64,000 nucleotides of DNA, taken from the NCBI GenBank assembly GCA_951406725.2, contig OX597820.1, forward strand, positions 31,186,001-31,250,000, in the 5' to 3' direction. Positions 24,127 to 36,329 of the stretch are shown piece by piece. Within the stretch, counting starts at the first letter, position 1. Every line of letters starts with the position of its first letter. Both the position numbers and the translations under genes were made by a program. This stretch comes from Octopus vulgaris (lineage: Eukaryota). A model generated the notes under the pieces. The model had not been told where the DNA came from, did no database searches, and saw only the letters and a program-made list of their open reading frames with translations.

Positions 24127-24735
24127 TTCGTTTTTGGATTTGGTTTGCAAGATTCTTTATGTGAGTTCGTGTGTTGAAGCATATTTTGTTGTGTCTGGGA
24201 AGAGTCTTTCTCTTTTAGTGTCTTATTTAACACACATACACACAGGTAAAGTTTCCACTCATTTATTTTTCCTAAAATTTTTGTTGTGTCATGCAACCTT
24301 TTCAATAGTCACTGACCGTCTGTTAACCGAGCTGTATTCTCGGATAATGGACACAGCCAACGGCTATTGAAAAGGTTGCAAGATGCAACGAACATTTTAG
24401 GAAAAATAAATAAGTAAATGAGTGGAAATTATACCAGTGTGTTAAATAAGGCACTAAAAGAAAATGACTCTCCCCAGACACAACAATATGTGTGTGTGTT
24501 CTCCATGTTCTCCCTGCCTTGACATTGTGTGATAGTTGTAAAATGATTGTCACTGTCATACAAGCAGTGTTGTTCATTTTGTATATTCTGTGAGAACATG
24601 CCTGGCTGTGAGGAAATATCACCTTGCCTAGAGACAGGTGAAGGTTGGTGATCGGAAAGGCATCCAGCTACAGAAAATTTGCCTCAAATTCCATCTGACC
24701 CAGGCATGCATGGAAAAATGACATTAAATGATGAA
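23925..24735 (+). mobile_element. SINE with a family A head and an RTE-derived tail, interrupted by a palindromic element
   Basis: Head at 23925-24075 and tail GGAAAGGCATCCAGCT...CATTAAATGATG; the insert sits inside the internal microsatellite. Confidence 0.7.
24120..24490. mobile_element. Palindromic (fold-back) dispersed element, possibly Penelope-related
   Basis: 24181-24310 pairs with 24362-24489, and the spacer is itself a hairpin. Confidence 0.7.
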
Positions 24736-25084
24736 GCAGACATAATTAAAAGATATTTTGATCAATTAAAATTATTTTTCTCTCTTTATGGTTTGTTCCT
24801 TTGCCCCAATAATGAAGTCATTCACTTAAACACATACACAGAGTAATGTAGCATGGAAAGGGCCACTAAAGTACAAAATTTCAAAAATAGTAGTAATATA
24901 TAAAAAAAAAAAGCCCACCCATTGATGCCTGATTTGTCCTTAAGAGCTGGTAACCCACATTATGCCACAGCACCCAAAACACAAATACTGTAACTTCAGA
25001 CGTTTTATGCTAGCAAACTCAAATGCCAAGTAAGTCAATTTTGCAATTCCCCTCGACAAAATGATGAAGGTGAAAAAAAAGGTT

Positions 25085-25510
25085 TTCTATCCTTTTGCAT
25101 GGGCCCAACATTTGTTATGGCAGACTTACTATGGTCAAATTTCCTCGCCTGTTTCCAAGCAGGTTAATATTTCCCCATGGCCAAAGATGGTTTTAATGGA
25201 AAATTGGAATTGAACAACACTGCTTGTATGACAGTGGTGTTTGATTACAGCTATCATATGATGTCAACATAAAGGTACACACAAATACACATGCATGTGT
25301 GCACACATAGATACACACACACACACACACACAATTATATACATGAAGCATTACACATGATGCACTTGTTTCTAGCAAATCCATTCCAAGCTTTGGTTGG
25401 CCCAGGATTATATTACAAAATACACGACCAAGGTACCACACAGTGGGACTAAAACTGAAACCACACAGCTTGGAAGTAAACTTCTCAACCACATAGCCAT
25501 ACCTGCACAC
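25085..25510 (-). mobile_element. SINE with a family A head and an RTE-type tail, decayed (related pieces ~7560-7915, 22345-22570)
   Basis: Head reverse complement at 25370-25510 and tail motif ACACTGCTTGTATGACAGT. Confidence 0.65.
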
Positions 25511-25630
25511 ACACACACACACACACATATATATTTATTTATTACATATATACACATACACTTCATGAAAGTAATGTGGGGTGGAAAAGCAGTCAGTCTA
25601 CTTTTTAATGGTGGGACACAAAAGAGACTA

Positions 25631-25864
25631 CAGTAATCCCACACCATATTGCAGTTCGCCTATTGCGGTTTATTATTTAAGTTTATGTGAATAACTGCGT
25701 GGTTTTGTTTTGCATTCATAATAAAATAAACTTATACAAATTATAAGAATAATAAAAAAAATATACAGTACAACACTGTTTCTACTTCACGGATTTTCAC
25801 TTATCATGGGTGTTGGGGGGGGGGGGTGTTTAACATAACACCTGCTTTAATTGAGGAATTACTA
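25631..25864. mobile_element. Tigger/pogo-like MITE
   Basis: TA-CAGTAATCCC...GAGGAATTACTA-TA termini and internal TTCACGGATTTTCACTTATC. Confidence 0.55.
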
Positions 25865-25882
25865 TATATATATATTTATATC

Positions 25883-26482
25883 ATCATCATCGTTTAGCGT
25901 TCGTTTTCCATGCTAGCATGGGTTGGACGGTTCGACCGGGGTCTGGGAAGCTAGGAGGCTACACCAGGCTCCAGTCTGATCTGGCAGTCTTTCAACAGCT
26001 GGATGCCCTTCCTAATGCCAACCACTCCATGAGTGTAATGGGTGCTTTTTACATGCCAGGGGAGGCTGGCACCAGTCACGATCAATTGGTGCTTTTTATG
26101 TGTCACCGGCACAGAAGCCTGTCAAGGCGGCACTGGCATCGGCCACGTTCAGATAGTGCTTTTTACGTGCCACCGGCACAGGTATCACAACTAGAATTCC
26201 ATTTGATTTTTATTTTGATGTTGATGTACTTGACTCAATAGGTCTCCTCAAGCACAGCAGGTCGCCCTACGATCCAAGGTAAGCATAGCAGGCCATCCTG
26301 CGATCCAAGGCACTTTGGATGGTCTGGGGCTGCTATGTGAAGCTGGTGCAGGAAACAGCCATGAACTCACATTATTTGTCAGATCTTCGCAGTCACAGCA
26401 TATCTCCAGAGATCTCGGTCTTTCGTTATTGTCTCTGTGAGGCCCAACGTTCAAAGGTCATGCTTGACCATCTCATCCCATA
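25883..26482 (-). mobile_element. RTE LINE 3' end (ORF2 C-terminus, long 3' UTR, (GAT)n tail)
   Basis: Minus strand reads WDEMVKHDL*TLGLTETITKDRDLWRYAV, followed by a UTR ending GCTAAACGATGATGATG. Confidence 0.8.
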
Positions 26483-26485
26483 TAC

Positions 26486-26584
<99 letters not shown>

Positions 26585-27223
26585 GAATATAAAACTCTAT
26601 AATGTTTTCTTTTTCTTTTGTTAAACTTAAAATCCTTCACAGCTAAGGCAAGTTGCTTACATACAATGGATAAAGTACTTTTCACATGTTTAATGCAACA
26701 AGCAGTGGAAAAGCCAAGTAGTCACAAGGTGAAGAAAAGACAAGTTTTCAGTTTAATGTCTGATACCATATCTTAATCCTTTTGGCAGGTACAGGAGACA
26801 TTGTTGGGTAGGTTTCAGTCGTATTGATCTCACTAAAGCATAAACTTCACAGTGCTTTCTGAAGCAGTGAAAAGAGAACTATTCATAATTGTATATATTA
26901 ATGTACAGAAAATTTTCTAAATTGCATACAATAGAAACTGTGGCTGTATATGGGGTATTATACAAAGAGTCACAAATTTTGTGCATTTCTCTTTTTAACA
27001 ATTGCTGTTATAAAGTTTTTAAACATTTTCTTACATGGCTGACAGTCTACAATAAATGTTTTACAATTTCATATATCATGCTTTGCTACTCAAGAATACT
27101 TATTGGATAGATTTCCAATTAAAAGTCAATGCATAGGATTTGAATTATAACTATTGTATCACTGTTTAGAGAATATATGACATATTTAAGAAAATGCTGG
27201 CTGTTTTTGTCAGTTTATATATA

Positions 27224-28099
27224 CAGGATGTCCCAAAAGTCACTGACAGGTTTCAATTTTTAAAATCTTCTTTAACTTCACAAATAACTGTATAAAATTT
27301 TGATACAATATAAAGGATATAATGGAAATTAATATGCACAAGTCACCTTTACATGACATATGGAAAGTGACATCACTTAAATGGCAGTCATTTTCAGCTT
27401 CATGCGCCAGTGCTCATTCCAAAGCTTGCATCATAATATCATCAAGAGTTTCAGACCCCACTTCTTTGATTTCCCTATAGATGTTCTCCTTCAGTTGCAC
27501 CAGGGTCTCTGGTTTGTTGATGTAAACCCTCTCTTTCAGATATCCCCACAAGAAAAAATCCAGGTGAGACAAGTCTGAGGAACATGAAGGCCATTCAAAG
27601 GAGACCTCACACATGGTTCCAGCAAGATAGGGCAATTGCTCATACTGCAAGAGAAACAATGCAGTTCCTACAGCAGTGCTTCGGAGAGAGAACAATCTTT
27701 CACTACGACAATGTCAACTAGCCTTCATGTTCCCCAAATTTGACTGGCTCAGATTTTTTCTTGTGGGGATACCTGAAAAAGAGGGTTTACATCAACAAAC
27801 CAGAGACCCTGGTGCAACTGAAGGAGAACATCAATAAAGAAATCAGAGAAGTGGGGTCTGAAACTCTTGAGGATGTTATGGTGCAAGTTTTGGAAAGAGC
27901 ACGCATGTGTGAAGCCAAAAATGGATGCCTTTAAGCGATGTCATTTTTCATAAGTGAAGTAGTGGTGTTGCAAAATTTGACTTGTGCATATTAATTTCCA
28001 TTAGGTCCTTTATATTGTATCAAAATTTCATGCTTTTACTTGTAAAGTTAAGGAAGTCATTAAAAATTGAAAACTCATCAGTACTTTTGGGACACCTAG
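27224..28099. mobile_element. Fold-back Tc1/mariner derivative made of two inverted 3' halves
   Basis: Termini CAGGATGTCCCAAAAGT / ACTTTTGGGACACCTAG. Both ~370-bp arms encode DFFLWGYLK.RVYINKPETLVQLKENI, on opposite strands. Confidence 0.9.
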
Positions 28100-29077
28100 T
28101 GTGTGTGTGTATAAATTGTCTCATAACTGCAACCAACCAAACAGAAATTTCAAAGAGGGGGTGTGTGTGCATGTGTATACATATAATCTTTTAATCATTT
28201 CAGTTATTGAAATGTAGCCATGCTACAGCACTGCCTTAAAGAGTTTAGTTGGACAAATTGGCCCCGGTACATATTTTTAAGCCAGGCACTTATTCTATCA
28301 GTCATTCTTTTAGCCAAATCCCTAACTTATAGGGATGTAAACAAACCAACACCGGATGTCAAGTGGCGTAAGGGAACCAACACAACATGTATAGATTATA
28401 TATATTATGCATTTAAGACCACGAACCACCTGACCCTCGAGTGCTTCTAGATACAACCTTTAGGACCAGACCTGCTGTTTCATTGTTGCTCATGGCTTTG
28501 TTGCAGATATTGAACACCAATCTGGGAAAATACACAAAAATCAGTCTTTCCTCCCTTGATTCTCACACTCACACACGCACAAAAGCCTCCTCACACCCTT
28601 CTCTCTTTCTCTCACTCACCCACTCAGTTTCCACCTTCAAGTGGAGCTGAAGTGTCCATCCATTCATTACAGTCAAAACCTACTACCTTCACCCCTTCCT
28701 TTCTTTAAATTTGCTCAAGTGTACAACTTCCCTTTCTCACCATCACCTTTCACCGTCAAGTGATATTTCAAGAAGGTGATGAGAGTATAATTTTGATTAC
28801 TTAGGCACATAGCCAACAATAGAAAAAGCCAGTGTGTGTGTGAGTGTGTGTGTACATACTAAGTAATGATTTATTATATTTTGTACTCTGTCAGTTTTAG
28901 TCATAGGACTGTGGCTATTTTGGAGTGCTACTATCTAGAACAGGGTTTAAAGAAACTTTGTAGTTTTGGGGTGAATTGCAAGTAAAAGGCAAGGCTTTGG
29001 ATCCATGGGACTTTCACTTCAGTTCCACTGTGTGGCATCTTGGGTAAGTATCTTCTACTATAACTCTGGGCTGATCA

Positions 29078-29420
29078 ACATCATTCATCATTCTTCGACC
29101 GTGGTCGAGACAATGGAATTTACCATGCTACGCCAGACTTCACGGTCCATCATAGCATTATGGAGGTCCTGTTGCTGGATGCCTGTATCCCTGGGGATTA
29201 CATCAGGGTAGGAGAGTGTGCGCCCTCTGGTATCGTGAGTAGATGGCTTCTAGAGGAGAAGAGTAGAAATTGCCTCGTTTTCAGCTCTACAACAATGTCC
29301 AGCAAACTGGACTCTCCTACCTTTCACAAGAGGTGACACAGGTGGTAGTTTCCCATATATTTGCATTTTGGTTGGATGACACTTCCACGAGAGATTTTGA
29401 GCTCTCATACGGAGATCAAC
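29078..29420 (-). mobile_element. RTE-like LINE 3' fragment
   Basis: Minus strand reads MRAQNLSWKCHPTK...RRVQFAGHCCRAENE...RDTG...MMDREVWRSMV, homologous to the 63576 fragment. Confidence 0.75.
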
Positions 29421-29764
29421 ACCATGTGAGTGGATCTGGAAAACAGAAACTATGCTGAAGCCTTTTAAGTGTGTGTACGTGAGACTGTCTCCCTACCTCT
29501 TGGCAACTGGTAATGGTTTGTTTACATCCCCATAGCTTAATAGTTTGGCATAAGAGATAAATAGAATCAATACAAGACTTAAGAAAATAAGTACTGGGAT
29601 CAATTTGTTTGACCAAACCCTTCAAGGCAGTGTGGCCCAACACGGCTGCAGTCCAGTGACTGAGACAAGAAAGAAAAGTAGGATAGTTCTGTTGAAAATT
29701 ACATGGCTTTTGTTTTAATTAATTTTGAAAGTAACAAAGAATTTAATAAAATAACTAGCATTAT

Positions 29765-30240
29765 TAAGGTAGCAAGCTGGCAGAATCATTAGCATGGGAT
29801 TATAGGCAATTATTAGCATGGAATAAGGCGGCGAGCTGGCAGAAACGTTAGCACGCCGAGCGAAATGCTTAGCAGTATTTCATCTGCCGTTACGTACTGG
29901 GTTCAAATTCTTCCCAGGTCAACTTTGCTTTTCATCCTTTCAGGGTCGATAAAGTACCAGTTATGCACTGGGGTTGATGTAATTGAATCATTCCTTTTGT
30001 CTGTCCTTGTTTGTCCCCTCTATGTTTAGCCCCTTATGGGCAATAAAGAAATAAGAATCATTAACTAAGTGGTATTTTGTCTGTCGCTACATTCTGAGTT
30101 CAAATTCTGCTCAGGTCGACTTTACCTTTCATCCTTTCGGGGTTGATGAAATAGTACCAGTCAAGTGCTGGGGTATGATGTAATCAACTAGTCTCCTCCC
30201 CCAAAATTTCAGGCCTTGTGCCTATAGTAGAAAGGATTAT
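29765..30240 (+). mobile_element. Nested SINE family B copies inside a piggyBac-like MITE
   Basis: A young copy starting TAAGGCGGCGAGCTGGCAG (~29824-30055) lies within an older copy; ATTATTAAG flanks the block on both sides. Confidence 0.8.
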
Positions 30241-30798
30241 TAAGCTGGTATGTTTGCAGCATAAATTAATAAAGCTTTGATGGAAGGTTTTAATTCAGAT
30301 AATTTTGAAACAGGAAGTTTTTATCATAGGATCAAGGTGGTTTTGGTTTGGTTGGCATTGAAAGTATTAAATACTCAGCGAAAATCTAGACTGCTCTTAA
30401 TGTCAAGGACATGCGTCCTTAACATTCCACATATTCAGAACAGACTCATTCACCCAGGCCATACATTCTGCTCTCATCCACCTTCCATAATAATATTAAT
30501 AATGCTTTTATGATTGGCAGTTATGGCCAATGTCTCTTGACATGTCTCAAAGGGGTAGGAGAAAGACTCTTGGAAACAATGAACACATCACTATCCTCCT
30601 CTCAGGAAATATTTAATGAATTATATAAGGGCACATCTGTTTTGCTAATAAGGGGTTTACAGCAAACCACATTTTGTTCTATATCCAGGACTACATTCCC
30701 CAATGACCCTCATATTTATTTTCAATACTAAGAAAGCAGAATGTAATTCAAGTAAAAGTTTTGCCATTTTCAATAAGACAACCAGCAAACATGTAGAG

Positions 30799-30944
30799 CA
30801 GGTGTGGGCAACCTTTTATATAAAATAGGTCACATGAGACATGTATTGTCAGGTAAGGCTACACTACTAATCAATTCAAGGTAAATTTTTCATTGAGCAT
30901 GCCATTCAAAAACTCCTGCACAGGCAGCAGTTTGTCCATGATTG
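30799..30944 (+). mobile_element. hAT (Buster-type) MITE, decayed
   Basis: CAGGTGTGGGCAACCTTT...GTTTGTCCATGATTG; shares CATGAGACATG with the 58142 copy. Confidence 0.6.
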
Positions 30945-31384
30945 AAGTAAATGCTGATTCATTGGCTTATATAGCTTGATTTTATGTTTGTGTGACATTT
31001 GATGAACATAAAGGATTTATTTAATCCTGTCTAGGCAGCAAGTTTTAATGTAACCTTGTGACCTCATTAGTAGAGCTTCCAGTTGTTAAAACTAACCAGG
31101 CATCTGACACATGTATGTGAAGGTCTGAAAAAGAGATTGTTTTGTTGTAGAGGACTAACAATTACCCATACATGTAAATCTCCTTCCCACACAACACTGA
31201 TGTTATACAGGTTGTGGGGTAATTTAGGGTGGTTACAGCATAGCATCATCATCATTGCAAGTATCAATGTTAAAGTCAAACTCAAAGTGCTGGAACAGAT
31301 ACTGCAAAACAGCAATCCACAGCTCTGGATTGGTACTTTTTGATACTGGATTCCTGATACTCATATGAAATCTTATGCAGCAGT

Positions 31385-32160
31385 GCCTTTCATCCTTTCG
31401 GGGTCGATAAATTAAGTACCAGTTGCATACTGGGGTCGACTAATCGACTGACACCCTCCCCAAAAATTTTGGGCCTTGTGCCTAGAGTAGAAAAGAATTA
31501 TTATCATTATTAAGGCAGTGAGCTGGCAAAATTGTTAACATGCCAGGTAAAATGCTTAGCAGCATTTGGTCTGTCTTTACATTTCAAGTTCAAATTCCAC
31601 TGAGATCGACTTTACCTTTCGGGGTCAATAAAATAAGTACCAGATGAACACTGGGGAGGGGGGTGTCAATGTAATCAACTTAGCCACACCCACCAAAAAA
31701 AAAATTGCCGGCCTTGTGCCTAAGTTTGAAATTATTATTATTAAGGCAGCAAATTGGCAGAATGTCTAGTGGAATTTCATCCATCTTCACATACTGAGTT
31801 TAAATTCTGCTGAGGCTTTTCACATCCTTTCGGGATTGATAAAATAAGTACCAGTCAAACACTGAGGTCAATGTACTCAAATTATCCCCTCCTCTGAAAT
31901 TACTGGCCCAGTACCAAAATTTGAAACCACTAAAAGGTGGTGAGTAGGCAGGATTGTTAGCATGCCATACAAAATACTCAGTAGCATTCTGTCTGTCTTT
32001 ACATTCTAAGTTCAAATTCCAGGAAAGTCGATGCCAGTTATCCTTTTGGGATCAATAAAATGAGAACCAGTCAAGTACTGGAGTCAATATAATAGACTAG
32101 CCATAACCCTCTCCAAATTTCAGGCCTTTTTTGCCACAGTAGAAAGGATTATTATTACTG
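31385..32160 (+). mobile_element. Head-to-tail array of ~4 SINE family B copies
   Basis: Repeated core and tail motifs separated by (ATT)n. Confidence 0.85.
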
Positions 32161-32949
32161 TCATAAATCTTTCAGTCAAGAAGTAAGTGTAATAGCCATG
32201 ACTTTTTCAGGACATCCAAGACCGAGGGAGGGAGCTATCCCCAGACCACAGAGCTCAATTGAAAGCTTACAATTGAGAAGACTCCCAAAAGCCAAGTGGT
32301 GGTGTTCAGCAGGTGAAGACTTAAATATTTTGATACCAGACCGCCTAACCCCAATTCTGGTTCTATGATAAAACTTCCTGTGATCTAATTTTAAACTTTC
32401 CAAAATTTCATGTTAAATCATGTTCCAAACATGAACTTAATAATGACAAAGTTATTTTCATTAAAAGCCTTCATTACTTTCAAAATTAATTGAAACAAAT
32501 GTCAGCCAGATGATTCTCTTCTTAGGTAGACAATGGTACAGATTTAAGTATGTATGAAGTCTTCCATGAGCATCTCCATGCTCAATGGGACATTTGGATT
32601 CACCAGCTGTAGCTAACAAAATACATTCCAGATACTTATATGGAGCTTCCTTTAACCTAAAATACCAAACAACCACTAACATGTAACCACTTAGGTCACT
32701 CAATCTGCTAAAAATAGCAACAAAATCTCCCTCAAATCATGACCCCCACCACCACCACCACCACCAGCAATCTTAAATAAAGACTAATATTCAAAAACAC
32801 AGTATGGTCATCATTGCAACACCTTTGATAACAGGTCTGCTCAGTCAGGCCTGACCTGGGGTTAAGAACAGAACAACAAGTGATAATACAAAATGCATCT
32901 GTAAGAGATCTTAAGTTGTAGAAGGAAGCAGATGGACATATGGTCATAT

Positions 32950-33599
32950 AACTCTGGGGGAGAGAAGAGTGGACAGTAGGGAGGGGGAGTGGAATCCATA
33001 TAGAAAGAAGAGGAAGCACAATGGTAGGAGAAAGGAGTTGCAGCAAAAGGAGGAGGAGGAGGAGATTAATAAGATGCAAGAGATAGGGAAAAGAGGAGGA
33101 GGAGTTGTAAGAAGGCAAAAATGGGAATCAGTAATTTAGTGGTGGTGGTGGTTCTGGTAATGGAGGTAGTGGGAGTGGATATAGTGGTAGTGAAGGGGGG
33201 TGGTTGTGGTAGTACAGGTGGTGTGGAGGGAGGAATGGGTGGTGGTTGTAGTGGATATGAAGGCAGTGGTGGAATGGTGGTTGTAGCAGAGGTGGTGGCA
33301 GAGGTAACGGTAGCAGTGGTAGTGGAGTTAGAGGTAGCAGTGATAGTAGCAGTAGCAGTGGAGGAGGTAGTGGTGGTGGTGGTGGTGTTGTTGGTAGTTG
33401 AAGTAGTAGTAGCAATGGTAACAGTAGAAGTTGTAGTAGAAGCCATAGTGGCAGTGGCTGTCATGGCAGTGGTGGTAGTAGTGGTAGTAGTAGCAGTGGT
33501 AGGTGTGGTGGTGATGAGGTTAAGGCACACTGGATAATTATTTTCCTAAACCATAAAAAACAAATTACATACACACACACATACATACATATATATATA

Positions 33600-33631
<32 letters not shown>

Positions 33632-34228
33632 GAGAGAGAGAGAAGAGGGAGGGAGAGCAAGTAAAGAAACAACCAGGAAAAAGAGCAACGTGCAAAACAA
33701 TCATCTGTAGCAGGAGTAGCTGGCCGCGAGCTGCTGCAGTAGCTTCCTACACCACGAGAAAAATGCCAACAAGACTGGACTGCCATCCATCCAATGTAAG
33801 GAGAGAAACTGACCAATAACAATGAACAGCTGGAACTGGTCAATCAAAGACAGTCACATGACACACACACACATATGTGTGTGCATGCATACACAGCCAT
33901 CTCGAAAATTATAATGATCAGCAGGCCGAAATCAAATTAACAGCTGATCCCCGTCCCATCCCGTTCCATCGTAGTCCCGGAACTAGTCCAACTAATGTTA
34001 TAGGAACTGGACATTGCTGTTTTGCTCTGTTTGTGTGGGGGTGGGGGAGGCTTGGGGTGGTGTTTGTTTGTTTGTTTGTTTTTCTGCTAATTCTTTTCAA
34101 TTCTATGTGGCTGTTTGTTTTTTTGGTTATTTTTTTTTTCAATTCTATATGGTCGTTTGTGTGACTGACTAACTTTGACATCTAACTTTACTTTCCCTCT
34201 AGCAGAAATATGTCTAAACAAAGAAATT

Positions 34229-34280
<52 letters not shown>

Positions 34281-36100
34281 GGAGTGAGAAAATAGAAAAT
34301 AAAAGGGAAATAAATAAGGAAAAAAAAAAGAAACAAGGCAGGAATGAAGAAGAAAAGATAAAGGGGTGAGAAAGAAAAGGGAAAGAAAAAGAGAGAGAAG
34401 AAAAAGGCTTGTAAAAAAAAAGGAAGAAATAAGGAATGAGAAAAAGAGAAGAAGAAAAATGGGAAAAAGAGAAAGAGAAGGAAAGGAATGGGAGATAGAG
34501 AGAGAAAATAAGAAAACAAGGATGAAAATCTAAGAAAAATGGGGAATAGTGAAGAGACAGCAGAGGATTTATAATGCTGCAGAGGTTGATAGTAAAGATG
34601 GCATGGTAATGCTATTCAGGGCGGGGTGGGGACAGGAGTAATAATGATGAGGGTGGTGATCATGGCAGCGGTGGTGGGGGATGTTATTATGACTATTGCA
34701 CGATATTGGTGGCTGTGTATTAACAGTATACAGTGAGAGATGGTTGTGGTGGTCGCTGCTGCAGTTTTGGGTGGTATGTGATAAACAGTCATAGTAGTAT
34801 GTGGCATATGGTAGGAGGAGTAATGGTGGTGGTGGCGGCATTGTTGGTATTAAGACTAATGCATGGTACTAGTTGGATGAGTAAAGTATGACATACAGTG
34901 AGAAGGATGGTGGTCGTGGTGGTATTGTTTGGTAAACAGTCAAGTGTGGTGGTGGTTGTAGCTGGTGGCAAATGGATATCAATGGTAAATAATGATGGTG
35001 GCAATGGTAAATGGTAAAATTAGTACGGATAGTGATGGCAATAGTATGGTGATAATAATGGTATTAGCAACAGTATAGTGAAGGTGATGCTGGCGGTGAT
35101 GACGATGGTGGAGATAGCAGTGGAAGAGAGAAGTTGGTGCTGATGGTATGTAGAAAGTCTTAAGGTGAGGGTGGGGAAGATGATTATAATCATGGTAAGC
35201 AGTGGCAGAGTAATGAAGATCATTATTCTTATTATCATCATCATTATTATTATTATTATTATTATTGAAATATAATATAAACAGCAAGAGATGGGTAGTA
35301 AAGAAAAAAAAACCCATCAGCATTGAAATCAATAGGGCATCTAAGATCTATGTGAGCAGAGGTGGCGGAGGAGGCTAAGTGGCAGATACTTGTTGCTGAC
35401 TGAAATATTAGCAGCAGCAGCAGCAATATCTGATCGGCCATGTTTACAGCCATCAACATTGATATTACTACTACTACTACCACCGTTACCACCACTACTA
35501 TCACTACTATTATTGTTAATGGTTTGCGGCTGCTGCAACAATCCTAGCTGTCACTGCCACTGCTGCTGTCACTGTCATCACCTTCGCTGCCACCCATCCT
35601 CATCTTTGTCATCACCGTTGTCATGATTATAACTGTCACCTTAAGAAACAAGCACATCCTAGTCACCACTTTCCCAACATCACTACTACCATCATCACCA
35701 CTACCAGCAGCATCAATATTGTCAAAGACGGGGTCTGTTCTGATCAGAGCAGCTGACCTGGGGGCTTAACACAGCAATTGCTGTCATCACACTCCACCAT
35801 TGTCCACTGTCATCACTGACACAACCACCACCATCACCACCCACCATTACTGTCAGCCATCATCGTTACCATAGTCTGTGATTACACCATAATTACACCA
35901 CCGTTGATGTAATCACATAAAACATATCATCATTATTGCCAATCCTCATCACCAGAATCACAACCATTGCCACCACTGTCTTCACAGTATGACTATTGTT
36001 ATCATCGTCTCCACCACTAACACCAACACCACCACCACTGTCAACACTGTGGCCACTACAAGTATAGCCACAGTCACCATGCTGTATTTGTGTAAGGCAA
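32950..36100. repeat. Extended low-complexity trinucleotide and purine-rich region ((GGT/AGT)n, A-rich, (CAC/CAT)n)
   Basis: Poly-V, poly-T and poly-P pseudo-ORFs in all frames. Confidence 0.8.
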
Positions 36101-36329
36101 CAGCTGTTTGCATTATGATGTGAGGGAGGAAAAAATGAAAGCTTTGTATTTTAAGTAAAAAGCAGGAACAACAGAACAATAAAATGATGCTGACAACATC
36201 GACAATAACAAAACATCTTAACCAGACATTACAATGGACAAGTAGAGTTGAATAACTTGCCCACACAGCGCAAGATACTCCTGCAACAAACAATAAGTCA
36301 GGAGTGATGATAATGATTAAACACACAAC

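Noticed and set aside
33066-33537. Mucin-like Thr-rich or Val-rich ORFs
   Set aside because: Degenerate trinucleotide repeat open in several frames on both strands, without splice support.
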